Of a stretch of 64,000 bases of DNA, positions 42,011 through 55,200 are shown piece by piece. This DNA comes from Eledone cirrhosa. Its lineage: Eukaryota. Location of the stretch: positions 173,910,001 to 173,974,000 of the forward strand of contig OZ024743.1 of the NCBI GenBank assembly GCA_964016885.1, in the 5' to 3' direction. A program made the position numbers and the translations under genes. Within the stretch, counting starts at the first letter, position 1; every line of letters begins with the position of its first letter. Below the pieces are notes generated by a model. It saw only the letters and a program-made list of their open reading frames with translations, ran no database searches and was not told the DNA's origin.

Positions 42011-45000
42011 CTAGGGTATGAACCCTCTCTTAGTTGTCCTCCTCCAATACTACAGACACACACTCAGGGCTAGGGTATTAACCCTCTCTTAGTTGTCCTC
42101 CTCCAATACTACAGACACACACTCAGGGCTAGGGTATGAACCCTCTCTTAGTTGTCCTCCTCCAATACTACAGACACACACTCAGGGCTAGGGTATTAAC
42201 CCTCTCTTAGTTGTCCTCCTCCAATACTACAGACACACACTCAGGGCTAGGGTATGAACCCTCTCTTAGTTGTCCTCCTCCAATACTACAGACACACACT
42301 CAGGGCTAGTGTATGAACCCTCTTTTAGTTGTCCTCCTCCAATACTACAGACACACACTCAGGGCTAGGGTATGAACCCTCTATTAGTTGTCCTTCTCCA
42401 ATACTACAGACACACACTCAGGGCTAGAGTATTAACCCTCTCTTAGTTGTCCTCCTCCAATACTACAGATACACACTCAGGGCTAGGGTATGAACCCTCT
42501 CTTAGTTGTCCTCCTCCAATACTACAGACACACACTCAGGGCTAGGGTATGAACCCTCTCTTAGTTGTCCTCCTCCATTACTACAGACACACACTCAGGG
42601 CTAGGGTATTAACCCTCTCTTAGTTGTCCTCCTCCAATACTACAGACACACACTCAGGGCTAGGGTATTAACCCTCTCTTAGTTGTCCTCCTCCAATACT
42701 AGACACACTCAGGGCTAGGGTATGAACCCTCTTTTAGTTGTCCTCCTCCAATACTACAGACACACACTCAGGGCTAGGGTATGAACCCTCTCTTAGTTGT
42801 CCTCCTCCAATACTACAGACACACACTCAGGGCTAGGGTATTAACCCTCTCTTAGTTGTCCTCCTCCAATACTACAGACACACACTCAGGGCTAGGGTAT
42901 GAACCCTCTCTTAGTTGTCCTCCTCCAATACTACAGACACACACTCAGGGCTAGGGTATGAACCCTCTCTTAGTTGTCCTCCTCCAATACTACAGACACA
43001 CACTCAGGGCTAGGGTATGAACCCTCTTTTAGTTGTCCTCCTCCAATACTACAGACACACACTCAGGGCTAGGGTATTAACCCTCTCTTAGTTGTCCTCC
43101 TCCAATACTAGACACACACTCAGGGCTAGGGTATGAACCCTCTTTTAGTTGTCCTCCTCCAATACTACAGACACACACTCAGGGCTAGGGTATGAACCCT
43201 CTCTTAGTTGCCCTCCTCCAATACTACAGACACACACTCAGGGCTAGGGTATTAACCCTCTCTTAGTTGTCCTCCTCCAATACTACAGACACACACTCAG
43301 GGCTAGGGTATGAACCCTCTCTTAGTTGTCCTCCTCCAATACTACAGACACACACTCAGGGCTAGGGTATGAACCCTCTCTTAGTTGTCCTCCTCCAATA
43401 CTACAGACACACACTCAGGGCTAGGGTATTAACCCTCTCTTCGTTGTCCTCCTCCAATACTACAGACACACACTCAGGGCTAGGGTATTAACCCTCTCTT
43501 AGTTGTCCTCCTCGAATACTAGACACACACTCAGGGCTAGGGTATGAACCCTCTCCTAGTTGTCCTCCTCCAATACTACAGACACACACTCAGGGCTAGG
43601 GTATGAACCCTCTCTTAGTTGTCCTCCTCCAATACTACAGACACACACTCAGGGCTAGGGTATGAACCCTCTCCTAGTTGTCCTCCTCCAATACTACAGA
43701 CACACACTCAGGGCTAGGGTATGAACCCTCTCTTAGTTGTCCTCCTCCAATACTACAGACACACACTCAGGGCTAGGGTATGAACCCTCTCCTAGTTGTC
43801 CTCCTCCAATACTACAGACACACACTCAGGGCTAGGGTATGAACCCTCTCTTAGTTGTCCTCCTCCAATACTACAGACACACACTCAGGGCTAGGGTATT
43901 AACCCTCTCTTAGTTGTCCTCCTCCAATACTACAGACACACACTCAGGGCTAGGGTATGAACCCTCTCTTAGTTGTCCTCCTTCAATACTACAGACACAC
44001 ACTCAGGGCTAGGGTATTAACCCTCTCTTAGTTGTCCTCCTCCAATACTACAGACACACACTCAGGGCTAGGGTATGAACCCTCTCTTAGTTGTCCTCCT
44101 CCAATACTACAGACACACACTCAGGGCTAGGGTATTAACCCTCTCTTAGTTGTCCTCCTCCAATACTACAGACACACACTCAGGGCTAGGGTATGAACCC
44201 TCTCTTAGTTGTCCTCCTCCAATACTACAGACACACACTCAGGGCTAGGGTATGAACCCTCTCTTAGGTGTCCTCCTCCAATACTACAGACACACACTCA
44301 GAGCTAGGGTATGAACCCTCTCTTAGGTGTCCTCCTCCAATACTAGACACACACTCAGGGCTAGGGTATGTACCCTCTCTTAGTTGTCGTCCTCCAATAC
44401 TAGACACACACTCAGGGCTAGGGTATGTACCCTCTCTTAGTTGTTGTCCTCCAATACTAGACACACACTCAGGGCAAGGGTATGTACCCTCTCTTAGTTG
44501 TCTTCCTCCAATACTACAGACACACACTCAGGGCTAGGGTATGTACCCTCTCTTAGTTGTCTTCCTCCAATACTACAGACACACACTCAGGGCTAGGGTA
44601 TGAACGCTCTCCCAGTTGTCCTCCTCCAATACTACAGACACACACTCAGGGCTAGGGTATGAACGCTCTCCCAGTTGTCCACCTCCAATACTACAGACAC
44701 ACACTCAGGGCTAGGGTATGAACCCTCTCCCAGTTGTCCTCCTCCAATACTACAGACACACACTCAGGGCTAGGGTATGTACCCTCTCTTAGTTGTCGTC
44801 TTCCAATACTACAGACACACACTCAGGGCTAGGGTATGAACGCTCTCCCAGTTGTCCTCTTCCAATACTACAGACACACACTCAGGGCTAGGGTATGAAC
44901 GCTCTCCCAGTTGTCCTCCTCCAATACTACAGACACACACTCAGGGCTAGGGTATGAACCCTCTCCCAGTTGTCCTCCTCCAATACTACAGACACACACT

Positions 45001-47140
45001 CAGGGCTAGGGTATGAACGCTCTCCCAGTTGTCCTCCTCCAATACTACAGACACACACTCAGGGCTAGGGTATGTACCCTCTCTTAGTTGTCCTCTTCCA
45101 ATACTACAGACACACACTCAGGGCTAGGGTATGAACGCTCTCCTATTTGTCCTCCTCCAATACTACAGACAGACACTCTGGGCTAGGGTATGAACCCTCT
45201 CTTAGTTGTCCTCCTCCAATACTACAGACACACACTCAGGGCTAGGGTATGAACCCTCTCTTAGTTGTCCTCCTCCAATACTACAGACACACACTCAGGG
45301 CTAGTGTATGAACCCTCTTTTAGTTGTCCTCCTCCAATACTACAGACACACACTCAGGGCTAGGGTATGAACCCTCTATTAGTTGTCCTTCTCCAATACT
45401 ACAGACACACACTCAGGGCTAGGGTATGTACCCTCTCCTAGTTGTCCTCCTCCAATACTACAGACACACACTCAGGGCTAGGGTATGAACCCTCTCTTAG
45501 TTGTCCTCCTCCAATACTAGACACACACTCAGGGCTAGGCTATGTACCCTCTCTTAGTTGTCGTCCTCCAATACTAGACACACACTCAGGGCAAGGGTAT
45601 GTACCCTCTCTTAGTTGTCTTCCTCCAATACTACAGACACACACTCAGGGCTAGGGTATGTACCCTCTCTTAGTTGTCCTCCTCCAATACTACAGACACA
45701 CACTCAGGGCTAGGGTATGAACCCTCTCTTAGTTGTCCTCCTCCAATACTACAGACACACACTCAGGGCTAGGGTATGAACCCTCTCTTAGTTGTCCTCC
45801 TCCAATACTACAGACACACACTCAGGGCTAGGGTATGAACCCTCTCTTAGTTGTCCTCCTCCAATACTACAGACACACACTCAGGGCTAGGGTATTAACC
45901 CTCTCTTAGTTGTCCTCCTCCAATACTACAGACACACACTCAGGGCTAGGGTATGAACCCTCTCTTAGTTGTCCTCCTCCAATACTACAGACACACACTC
46001 AGGGCTAGTGTATGAACCCTCTTTTAGTTGTCCTCCTCCAATACTACAGACACACACTCAGGGCTAGGGTATGAACCCTCTATTAGTTGTCCTTCTCCAA
46101 TACTACAGACACACACTCAGGGCTAGAGTATTAACCCTCTCTTAGTTGTCCTCCTCCAATACTACAGACACACACTCAGGGCTGGGGTATGAACCCTCTC
46201 TTAGTTGTCCTCCTCCAATACTACAGACACACACTCAGGGCTAGGGTATGAACCCTCTCTTAGTTGTCCTCCTCCAATACTACAGACACACACTCAGGGC
46301 TAGGGTATTAACCCTCTCTTAGTTGTCCTCCTCCAATACTACAGACACACACTCAGGGCTAGGGTATTAACCCTCTCTTAGTTGTCCTCCTCCAATACTA
46401 GACACACACTCAGGGCTAGGGTATGAACCCTCTTTTAGTTGTCCTCCTCCAATACTACAGACATACACTCAGGGCTAGGGTATGAACCCTCTCTTAGTTG
46501 TCCTCCTCCAATACTACAGACACACACTCAGGGCTAGGGTATTAACCCTCTCTTAGTTGTCCTCCTCCAATACTACAGACACACACTCAGGGCTAGGGTA
46601 TGAACCCTCTCTTAGTTGTCCTCCTCCAATACTACAGACACACACTCAGGGCTAGGGTATGAACCCTCTCTTAGTTGTCCTCCTCCAATACTACAGACAC
46701 ACACTCAGGGCTAGGGTATGAACCCTCTTTTAGTTGTCCTCCTCCAATACTACAGACACACACTCAGGGCTAGGGTATTAACCCTCTCTTAGTTGTCCTC
46801 CTCCAATACTAGACACACACTCAGGGCTAGGGTATGAACCCTCTTTTAGTTGTCCTCCTCCAATACTACAGACACACAATCAGGGCTAGGGTATGAACCC
46901 TCTCTTAGTTGCCCTCCTCCAATACTACAGACACACACTCAGGGCTAGGGTATTAACCCTCTCTTAGTTGTCCTCCTCCAATACTACAGACACACACTCA
47001 GGGCTAGGGTATGAACCCTCTCTTAGTTGTCCTCCTTCAATACTACAGACACACACTCAGGGCTAGGGTATGAACCCTCTCTTAGTTGTCCTCCTCCAAT
47101 ACTACAGACACACACTCAGGGCTAGGGTATTAACCCTCTC

Positions 47141-49250
47141 TTCGTTGTCCTCCTCCAATACTACAGACACACACTCAGGGCTAGGGTATTAACCCTCTCT
47201 TAGTTGTCCTCCTCCAATACTAGACACACACTCAGGGCTAGGGTATGAACCCTCTCCTAGTTGTCCTCCTCCAATACTACAGACACACACTCAGGGCTAG
47301 GGTATGAACCCTCTCTTAGTTGTCCTCCTCCAATACTACAGACACACACTCAGGGCTAGGGTATGAACCCTCTCCTAGTTGTCCTCCTCCAATACTACAG
47401 ACACACACTCAGGGCTAGGGTATGAACCCTCTCTTAGTTGTCCTCCTCCAATACTACAGAGACACACTCAGGGCTAGGGTATGAACCCTCTCCTAGTTGT
47501 CCTCCTCCAATACTACAGACACACACTCAGGGCTAGGGTATGAACCCTCTCTTAGTTGTCCTCCTCCAATACTACAGACACACACTCAGGGCTAGGGTAT
47601 TAACCCTCTCTTAGTTGTCCTCCTCCAATACTACAGACACACACTCAGGGCTAGGGTATGAACCCTCTCTTAGTTGTCCTCCTCCAATACTACAGACACA
47701 CACTCAGGGCTAGGGTATTAACCCTCTCTTAGTTGTCCTCCTCCAATACTACAGACACACACTCAGGGCTAGGGTATGAACCCTCTCTTAGTTGTCCTCC
47801 TCCAATACTACAGACACACACTCAGCGCTAGGGTATTAACCCTCTCTTAGTTGTCCTCCTCCAATACTACAGACACACACTCAGGGCTAGGGTATGAACC
47901 CTCTCTTAGTTGTCCTCCTCCAATACTACAGACACACACTCAGGGCTAGGGTATGAACCCTCTCTTAGGTGTCCTCCTCCAATACTACAGACACACACTC
48001 AGAGCTAGGGTATGAACCCTCTCTTAGGTGTCCTCCTCCAATACTAGACACACACTCAGGGCTAGGGTATGTACCCTCTCTTAGTTGTCGTCCTCCAATA
48101 CTAGACACACACTCAGGGCTAGGGTATGTACCCTCTCTTAGTTGTTGTCCTCCAATACTAGACACACACTCAGGGCAAGGGTATGTACCCTCTCTTCGTT
48201 GTCCTCCTCCAATACTACAGACACACACTCAGGGCTAGGGTATTAACCCTCTCTTAGTTGTCCTCCTCCAATACTAGACACACACTCAGGGCTAGGGTAT
48301 GAACCCTCTCCTAGTTGTCCTCCTCCAATACTACAGACACACACTCAGGGCTAGGGTATGAACCCTCTCTTAGTTGTCCTCCTCCAATACTACAGACACA
48401 CACTCAGGGCTAGGGTATGAACCCTCTCCTAGTTGTCCTCCTCCAATACTACAGACACACACTCAGGGCTAGGGTATGAACCCTCTCTTAGTTGTCCTCC
48501 TCCAATACTACAGACACACACTCAGGGCTAGGGTATGAACCCTCTCCTAGTTGTCCTCCTCCAATACTAGAGACACACACTCAGGGCTAGGGTATGAACC
48601 CTCTCTTAGTTGTCCTCCTCCAATACTACAGACACACACTCAGGGCTAGGGTATTAACCCTCTCTTAGTTGTCCTCCTCCAATACTACAGACACACACTC
48701 AGGGCTAGGGTATGAACCCTCTCTTAGTTGTCCTCCTCCAATACTACAGACACACACTCAGGGCTAGGGTATTAACCCTCTCTTAGTTGTCCTCCTCCAA
48801 TACTACAGACACACACTCAGGGCTAGGGTATGAACCCTCTCTTAGTTGTCCTCCTCCAATACTACAGACACACACTCAGGGCTAGGGTATTAACCCTCTC
48901 TTAGTTGTCCTCCTCCAATACTACAGACACACACTCAGGGCTAGGGTATGAACCCTCTCTTAGTTGTCCTCCTCCAATACTACAGACACACACTCAGGGC
49001 TAGGGTATGAACCCTCTCTTAGGTGTCCTCCTCCAATACTACAGACACACACTCAGAGCTAGGGTATGAACCCTCTCTTAGGTGTCCTCCTCCAATACTA
49101 GACACACACTCAGGGCTAGGGTATGTACCCTCTCTTAGTTGTCGTCCTCCAATACTAGACACACACTCAGGGCTAGGGTATGTACCCTCTCTTAGTTGTT
49201 GTCCTCCAATACTAGACACACACTCAGGGCAAGGGTATGTACCCTCTCTT
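47141..49250. repeat. 1,054-bp (18-monomer) tandem duplication
   Basis: TTCGTT occurs at 47141 and 48195, and the ORFs at 47969 and 49023 share the same offset. 1054 = 18x59 - 4x2. Confidence 0.88.
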
Positions 49251-52200
49251 AGTTGTCTTCCTCCAATACTACAGACACACACTCAGGGCTAGGGTATGTA
49301 CCCTCTCTTAGTTGTCCTCCTCCAATACTACAGACACACACTCAGGGCTAGGGTATGAACGCTCTCCCAGTTGTCCTCCTCCAATACTACAGACACACAC
49401 TCAGGGCTAGGGTATGAACGCTCTCCCAGTTGTCCACCTCCAATACTACAGACACACACTCAGGGCTAGGGTATGAACCCTCTCCCAGTTGTCCTCCTCC
49501 AATACTACAGACACACACTCAGGGCTAGGGTATGTACCCTCTCTTAGTTGTCGTCTTCCAATACTACAGACACACACTCAGGGCTAGGGTATGAACGCTC
49601 TCCCAGTTGTCCTCTTCCAATACTACAGACGCACACTCAGGGCTAGGGTATGAACGCTCTCCCAGTTGTCCTCCTCCAATACTACAGACACACACTCAGG
49701 GATAGGGTATGAACCCTCTCCCAGTTGTCCTCCTCCAATACTACAGACACACACTCAGGGCTAGGGTATGAACGCTCTCCCAGTTGTCCTCCTCCAATAC
49801 TACAGACACACACTCAGGGCTAGGGTATGTACCCTCTCTTAGTTGTCCTCTTCCAATACTACAGACACACACTCAGGGCTAGGGTATGAACGCTCTCCTA
49901 TTTGTCCTCCTCCAATACTACAGACAGACACTCTGGGCTAGGGTATGAACCCTCTCTTAGTTGTCCTCCTCCAATACTACAGACACACACTCAGGGCTAG
50001 GGTATGAACCCTCTCTTAGTTGTCCTCCTCCAATACTACAGACACACACTCAGGGCTAGTGTATGAACCCTCTTTTAGTTGTCCTCCTCCAATACTACAG
50101 ACACACACTCAGGGCTAGGGTATGAACCCTCTATTAGTTGTCCTTCTCCAATACTACAGACACACACTCAGGGCTAGGGTATGTACCCTCTCCTAGTTGT
50201 CCTCCTCCAATACTACAGACACACACTCAGGGCTAGGGTATGAACCCTCTCTTAGTTGTCCTCCTCCAATACTAGACACACACTCAGGGCTAGGGTATGT
50301 ACCCTCTCTTAGTTGTCGTCCTCCAATACTAGACACACACTCAGGGCAAGGGTATGTACCCTCTCTTAGTTGTCTTCCTCCAATACTACAGACACACACT
50401 CAGGGCTAGGGTATGTACCCTCTCTTAGTTGTCCTCCTCCAATACTACAGACACACACTCAGGGCTAGGGTATGAACGCTCTCCCAGTTGTCCTCCTCCA
50501 ATACTACAGACACACACTCAGGGCTAGGGTATGAACGCTCTCCCAGTTGTCCACCTCCAATACTACAGACACACACTCAGGGCTAGGGTATGAACCCTCT
50601 CCCAGTTGTCCTCCTCCAATACTACAGACACACACTCAGGGCTAGGGTATGTACCCTCTCTTAGTTGTCGTCTTCCAATACTACAGACACACACTCAGGG
50701 CTAGGGTATGAACGCTCTCCCAGTTGTCCTCTTCCAATACTACAGACACACACTCAGGGCTAGGGTATGAACGCTCTCCCAGTTGTCCTCCTCCAATACT
50801 ACAGACACACACTCAGGGATAGGGTATGAACCCTCTCCCAGTTGTCCTCCTCCAATACTACAGACACACACTCAGGGCTAGGGTATGAACGCTCTCCCAG
50901 TTGTCCTCCTCCAATACTACAGACACACACTCAGGGCTAGGGTATGAACCCTCTCTTAGTTGTCCTCCTCCAATACTACAGACACACACTCAGGGCTAGG
51001 GTATGAACACTCTCTTAGGTGTCCTCCTCCAATACTACAGACACACACTCAGGGCTAGGGTATGAACCCTCTCTTAGTTGTCCTCCTCCAATACTATAGA
51101 CACACACTCAGGGCTAGGGTATGTACCCTCTCCCAGATGTCCTCCTCCAATACTACAGACACACACTCAGGGCTAGGGTATGAACCCTCTCTTAGGTGTC
51201 CTCCTCCAATACTACAGACACACACTCAGGGCTAGGGTATGAACCCTCTCTTAGTTGTCCTCCTCCAATACTACAGACACACACTCAGGGCTAGGGTATG
51301 TACCCTCTCCCAGTTGTTCTCCTCCAATACTACAGACACACACTCAGGGCTAGGGTATGAACCCTCTGTTAGGTGTCCTCCTCCAATACTAGACACACAC
51401 TCAGGGCTAGGGTATGTACCCTCTCTTAGTTGTCCTCCTCCAATACTACAGACACACACTCAGGGCTAGGGTATGTACCCTCTCCCAGTTGTTCTCCTCC
51501 AATACTACAGACACACACTCAGGGCTAGGGTATGAACCCTCTCTTAGTTGTCCTCCTCCAATACTACAGACACACACTCAGGGCTAGGGTATGAACCCTC
51601 TCCTAGTTGTCCTCCTCCAATACTACAGACACACACTCAGGGCTAGGGTATGAACCCTCTCTTAGTTGTCCTCCTCCAATACTACAGACACACACTCAGG
51701 GCTAGGGTATGAACCCTCTCCTAGTTGTCCTCCTCCAATACTACAGACACACACTCAGGGCTAGGGTATGAACCCTCTCTTAGTTGTCATCCTCCAATAC
51801 TACAGACACACACTCAGGGCTAGGGTATTAACCCTCTCTTAGTTGTCCTCCTCCAATACTACTGATACACACTCAGGGCTAGGGTATGAACCCTCTCTTA
51901 GTTGTCCTCCTCCAATACTACAGACACACACTCAGGGCTAGGGTATTAACCCTCTCTTAGTTGTCCTCCTCCAATACTACAGACACACACTCAGGGCTAG
52001 GGTATGAACCCTCTCTTAGTTGTCCTCCTCCAATACTACAGACACACACTCAGGGCTAGGGTATGAACCCTCTCTTAGTTGTCCTCCTCCAATACTACAG
52101 ACACACACTCAGGGCTAGGGTATGAACCCTCTCTTAGTTGTCCTCCTCCAATACTACAGACACACACTCAGGGCTAGGGTATTAACCCTCTCTTAGTTGT

Positions 52201-55200
52201 CCTCCTCCAATACTACAGACACACACTCAGGGCTAGGGTATTAACCCTCTCTTAGTTGTCCTCCTCCAATACTAGACACACACTCAGGGCTAGGGTATGA
52301 ACCCTCTTTTAGTTGTCCTCCTCCAATACTACAGACACACACTCAGGGCTAGGGTATGAACCCTCTCTTAGTTGTCCTCCTCCAATACTACAGACACACA
52401 CTCAGGGCTAGGGTATTAACCCTCTCTTAGTTGTCCTCCTCCAATACTACAGACACACACTCAGGGCTAGGGTATGAACCCTCTCTTAGTTGTCCTCCTC
52501 CAATACTACAGACACACACTCAGGGCTAGGGTATGAACCCTCTCTTAGTTGTCCTCCTCCAATACTACAGACACACACTCAGGGCTAGGGTATGAACCCT
52601 CTTTTAGTTGTCCTCCTCCAATACTACAGACACACACTCAGGGCTAGGGTATTAACCCTCTCTTAGTTGTCCTCCTCCAATACTAGACACACACTCAGGG
52701 CTAGGGTATGAACCCTCTTTTAGTTGTCCTCCTCCAATACTACAGACACACACTCAGGGCTAGGGTATGAACCCTCTCTTAGTTGCCCTCCTCCAATACT
52801 ACAGACACACACTCAGGGCTAGGGTATTAACCCTCTCTTAGTTGTCCTCCTCCAATACTACAGACACACACTCAGGGCTAGGGTATGAACCCTCTCTTAG
52901 TTGTCCTCCTCCAATACTACAGACACACACTCAGGGCTAGGGTATGAACCCTCTCTTAGTTGTCCTCCTCCAATACTACAGACACACACTCAGGGCTAGG
53001 GTATTAACCCTCTCTTCGTTGTCCTCCTCCAATACTACAGACACACACTCAGGGCTAGGGTATTAACCCTCTCTTAGTTGTCCTCCTCCAATACTAGACA
53101 CACACTCAGGGCTAGGGTATGAACCCTCTTCTAGTTGTCCTCCTCCAATACTACAGACACACACTCAGGGCTAGGGTATGAACCCTCTCTTAGTTGTCCT
53201 CCTCCAATACTACAGACACACACTCAGGGCTAGGCTATGAACCCTCTCCTAGTTGTCCTCCTCCAATACTACAGACACACACTCAGGGCTAGGGTATGAA
53301 CCCTCTCTTAGTTGTCCTCCTCCAATACTACAGACACACACTCAGGGCTAGGGTATGAACCCTCTCCTAGTTGTCCTCCTCCAATACTACAGACATACAC
53401 TCAGGGCTAGGGTATGAACCCTCTCTTAGTTGTCCTCCTCCAATACTACAGACACACACTCAGGGCTAGGGTATTAACCCTCTCTTAGTTGTCCTCCTCC
53501 AATACTACAGACACACACTCAGGGCTAGGGTATGAACCCTCTCTTAGTTGTCCTCCTCCAATACTACAGACACACACTCAGGGCTAGGGTATTAACCCTC
53601 TCTTAGTTGTCCTCCTCCAATACTACAGACACACACTCAGGGCTAGGGTATGAACCCTCTCTTAGTTGTCCTCCTCCAATACTACAGACACACACTCAGG
53701 GCTAGGGTATTAACCCTCTCTTAGTTGTCCTCCTCCAATACTACAGACACACACTCAGGGCTAGGGTATGAACCCTCTCTTAGTTGTCCTCCTCCAATAC
53801 TACAGACACACACTCAGGGCTAGGGTATGAACCCTCTCTTAGGTGTCCTCCTCCAATACTACAGACACACACTCAGAGCTAGGGTATGAACCCTCTCTTA
53901 GGTGTCCTCCTCCAATACTAGACACACACTCAGGGCTAGGGTATGTACCCTCTCTTAGTTGTCGTCCTCCAATACTAGACACACACTCAGGGCTAGGGTA
54001 TGTACCCTCTCTTAGTTGTTGTCCTCCAATACTAGACACACACTCAGGGCAAGGGTATGTACCCTCTCTTAGTTGTCTTCCTCCAATACTACAGACACAC
54101 ACTCAGGGCTAGGGTATGTACCCTCTCTTAGTTGTCCTCCTCCAATACTACAGACACACACTCAGGGCTAGGGTATGAACGCTCTCCCAGTTGTCCTCCT
54201 CCAATACTACAGACACACACTCAGGGCTAGGGTATGAACGCTCTCCCAGTTGTCCACCTCCAATACTACAGACACACACTCAGGGCTAGGGTATGAACCC
54301 TCTCCCAGTTGTCCTCCTCCAATACTACAGACACACACTCAGGGCTAGGGTATGTACCCTCTCTTAGTTGTCGTCTTCCAATACTACAGACACACACTCA
54401 GGGTAGGGTATGAACGCTCTCCCAGTTGTCCTCTTCCAATACTACAGACACACACTCAGGGCTAGGGTATGAACGCTCTCCCAGTTGTCCTCCTCCAATA
54501 CTACAGACACACACTCAGGGCTAGGGTATGAACCCTCTCCCAGTTGTCCTCCTCCAATACTACAGACACACACTCAGGGCTAGGGTATGAACGCTCTCCC
54601 AGTTGTCCTCCTCCAATACTACAGACACACACTCAGGGCTAGGGTATGTACCCTCTCTTAGTTGTCCTCTTCCAATACTACAGACACACACTCAGGGCTA
54701 GGGTATGAACGCTCTCCTATTTGTCCTCCTCCAATACTACAGACAGACACTCTGGGGTAGGGTATGAACCCTCTCTTAGTTGTCCTCCTCCAATACTACA
54801 GACACACACTCAGGGCTAGGGTATGAACGCTCTCCTAGGTGTCCTCCTCCAATACTACAGACACACACTCAGGGCTAGGGTATGAACCCTCTCTTAGTTG
54901 TCCTCCTCCAATACTATAGACACACACTCAGGGCTAGGGTATGTACCCTCTCCCAGATGTCCTCCTCCAATACTACAGACACACACTCAGGGCTAGGGTA
55001 TGAACCCTCTCTTAGTTGTCCTCCTCCAATACTACAGACACACACTCAGGGCTAGGGTATGTACCCTCTCCCAGTTGTTCTCCTCCAATACTACAGACAC
55101 ACACTCAGGGCTAGGGTATGAACCCTCTGTTAGGTGTCCTCCTCCAATACTAGACACACACTCAGGGCTAGGGTATGTACCCTCTCTTAGTTGTCCTCCT

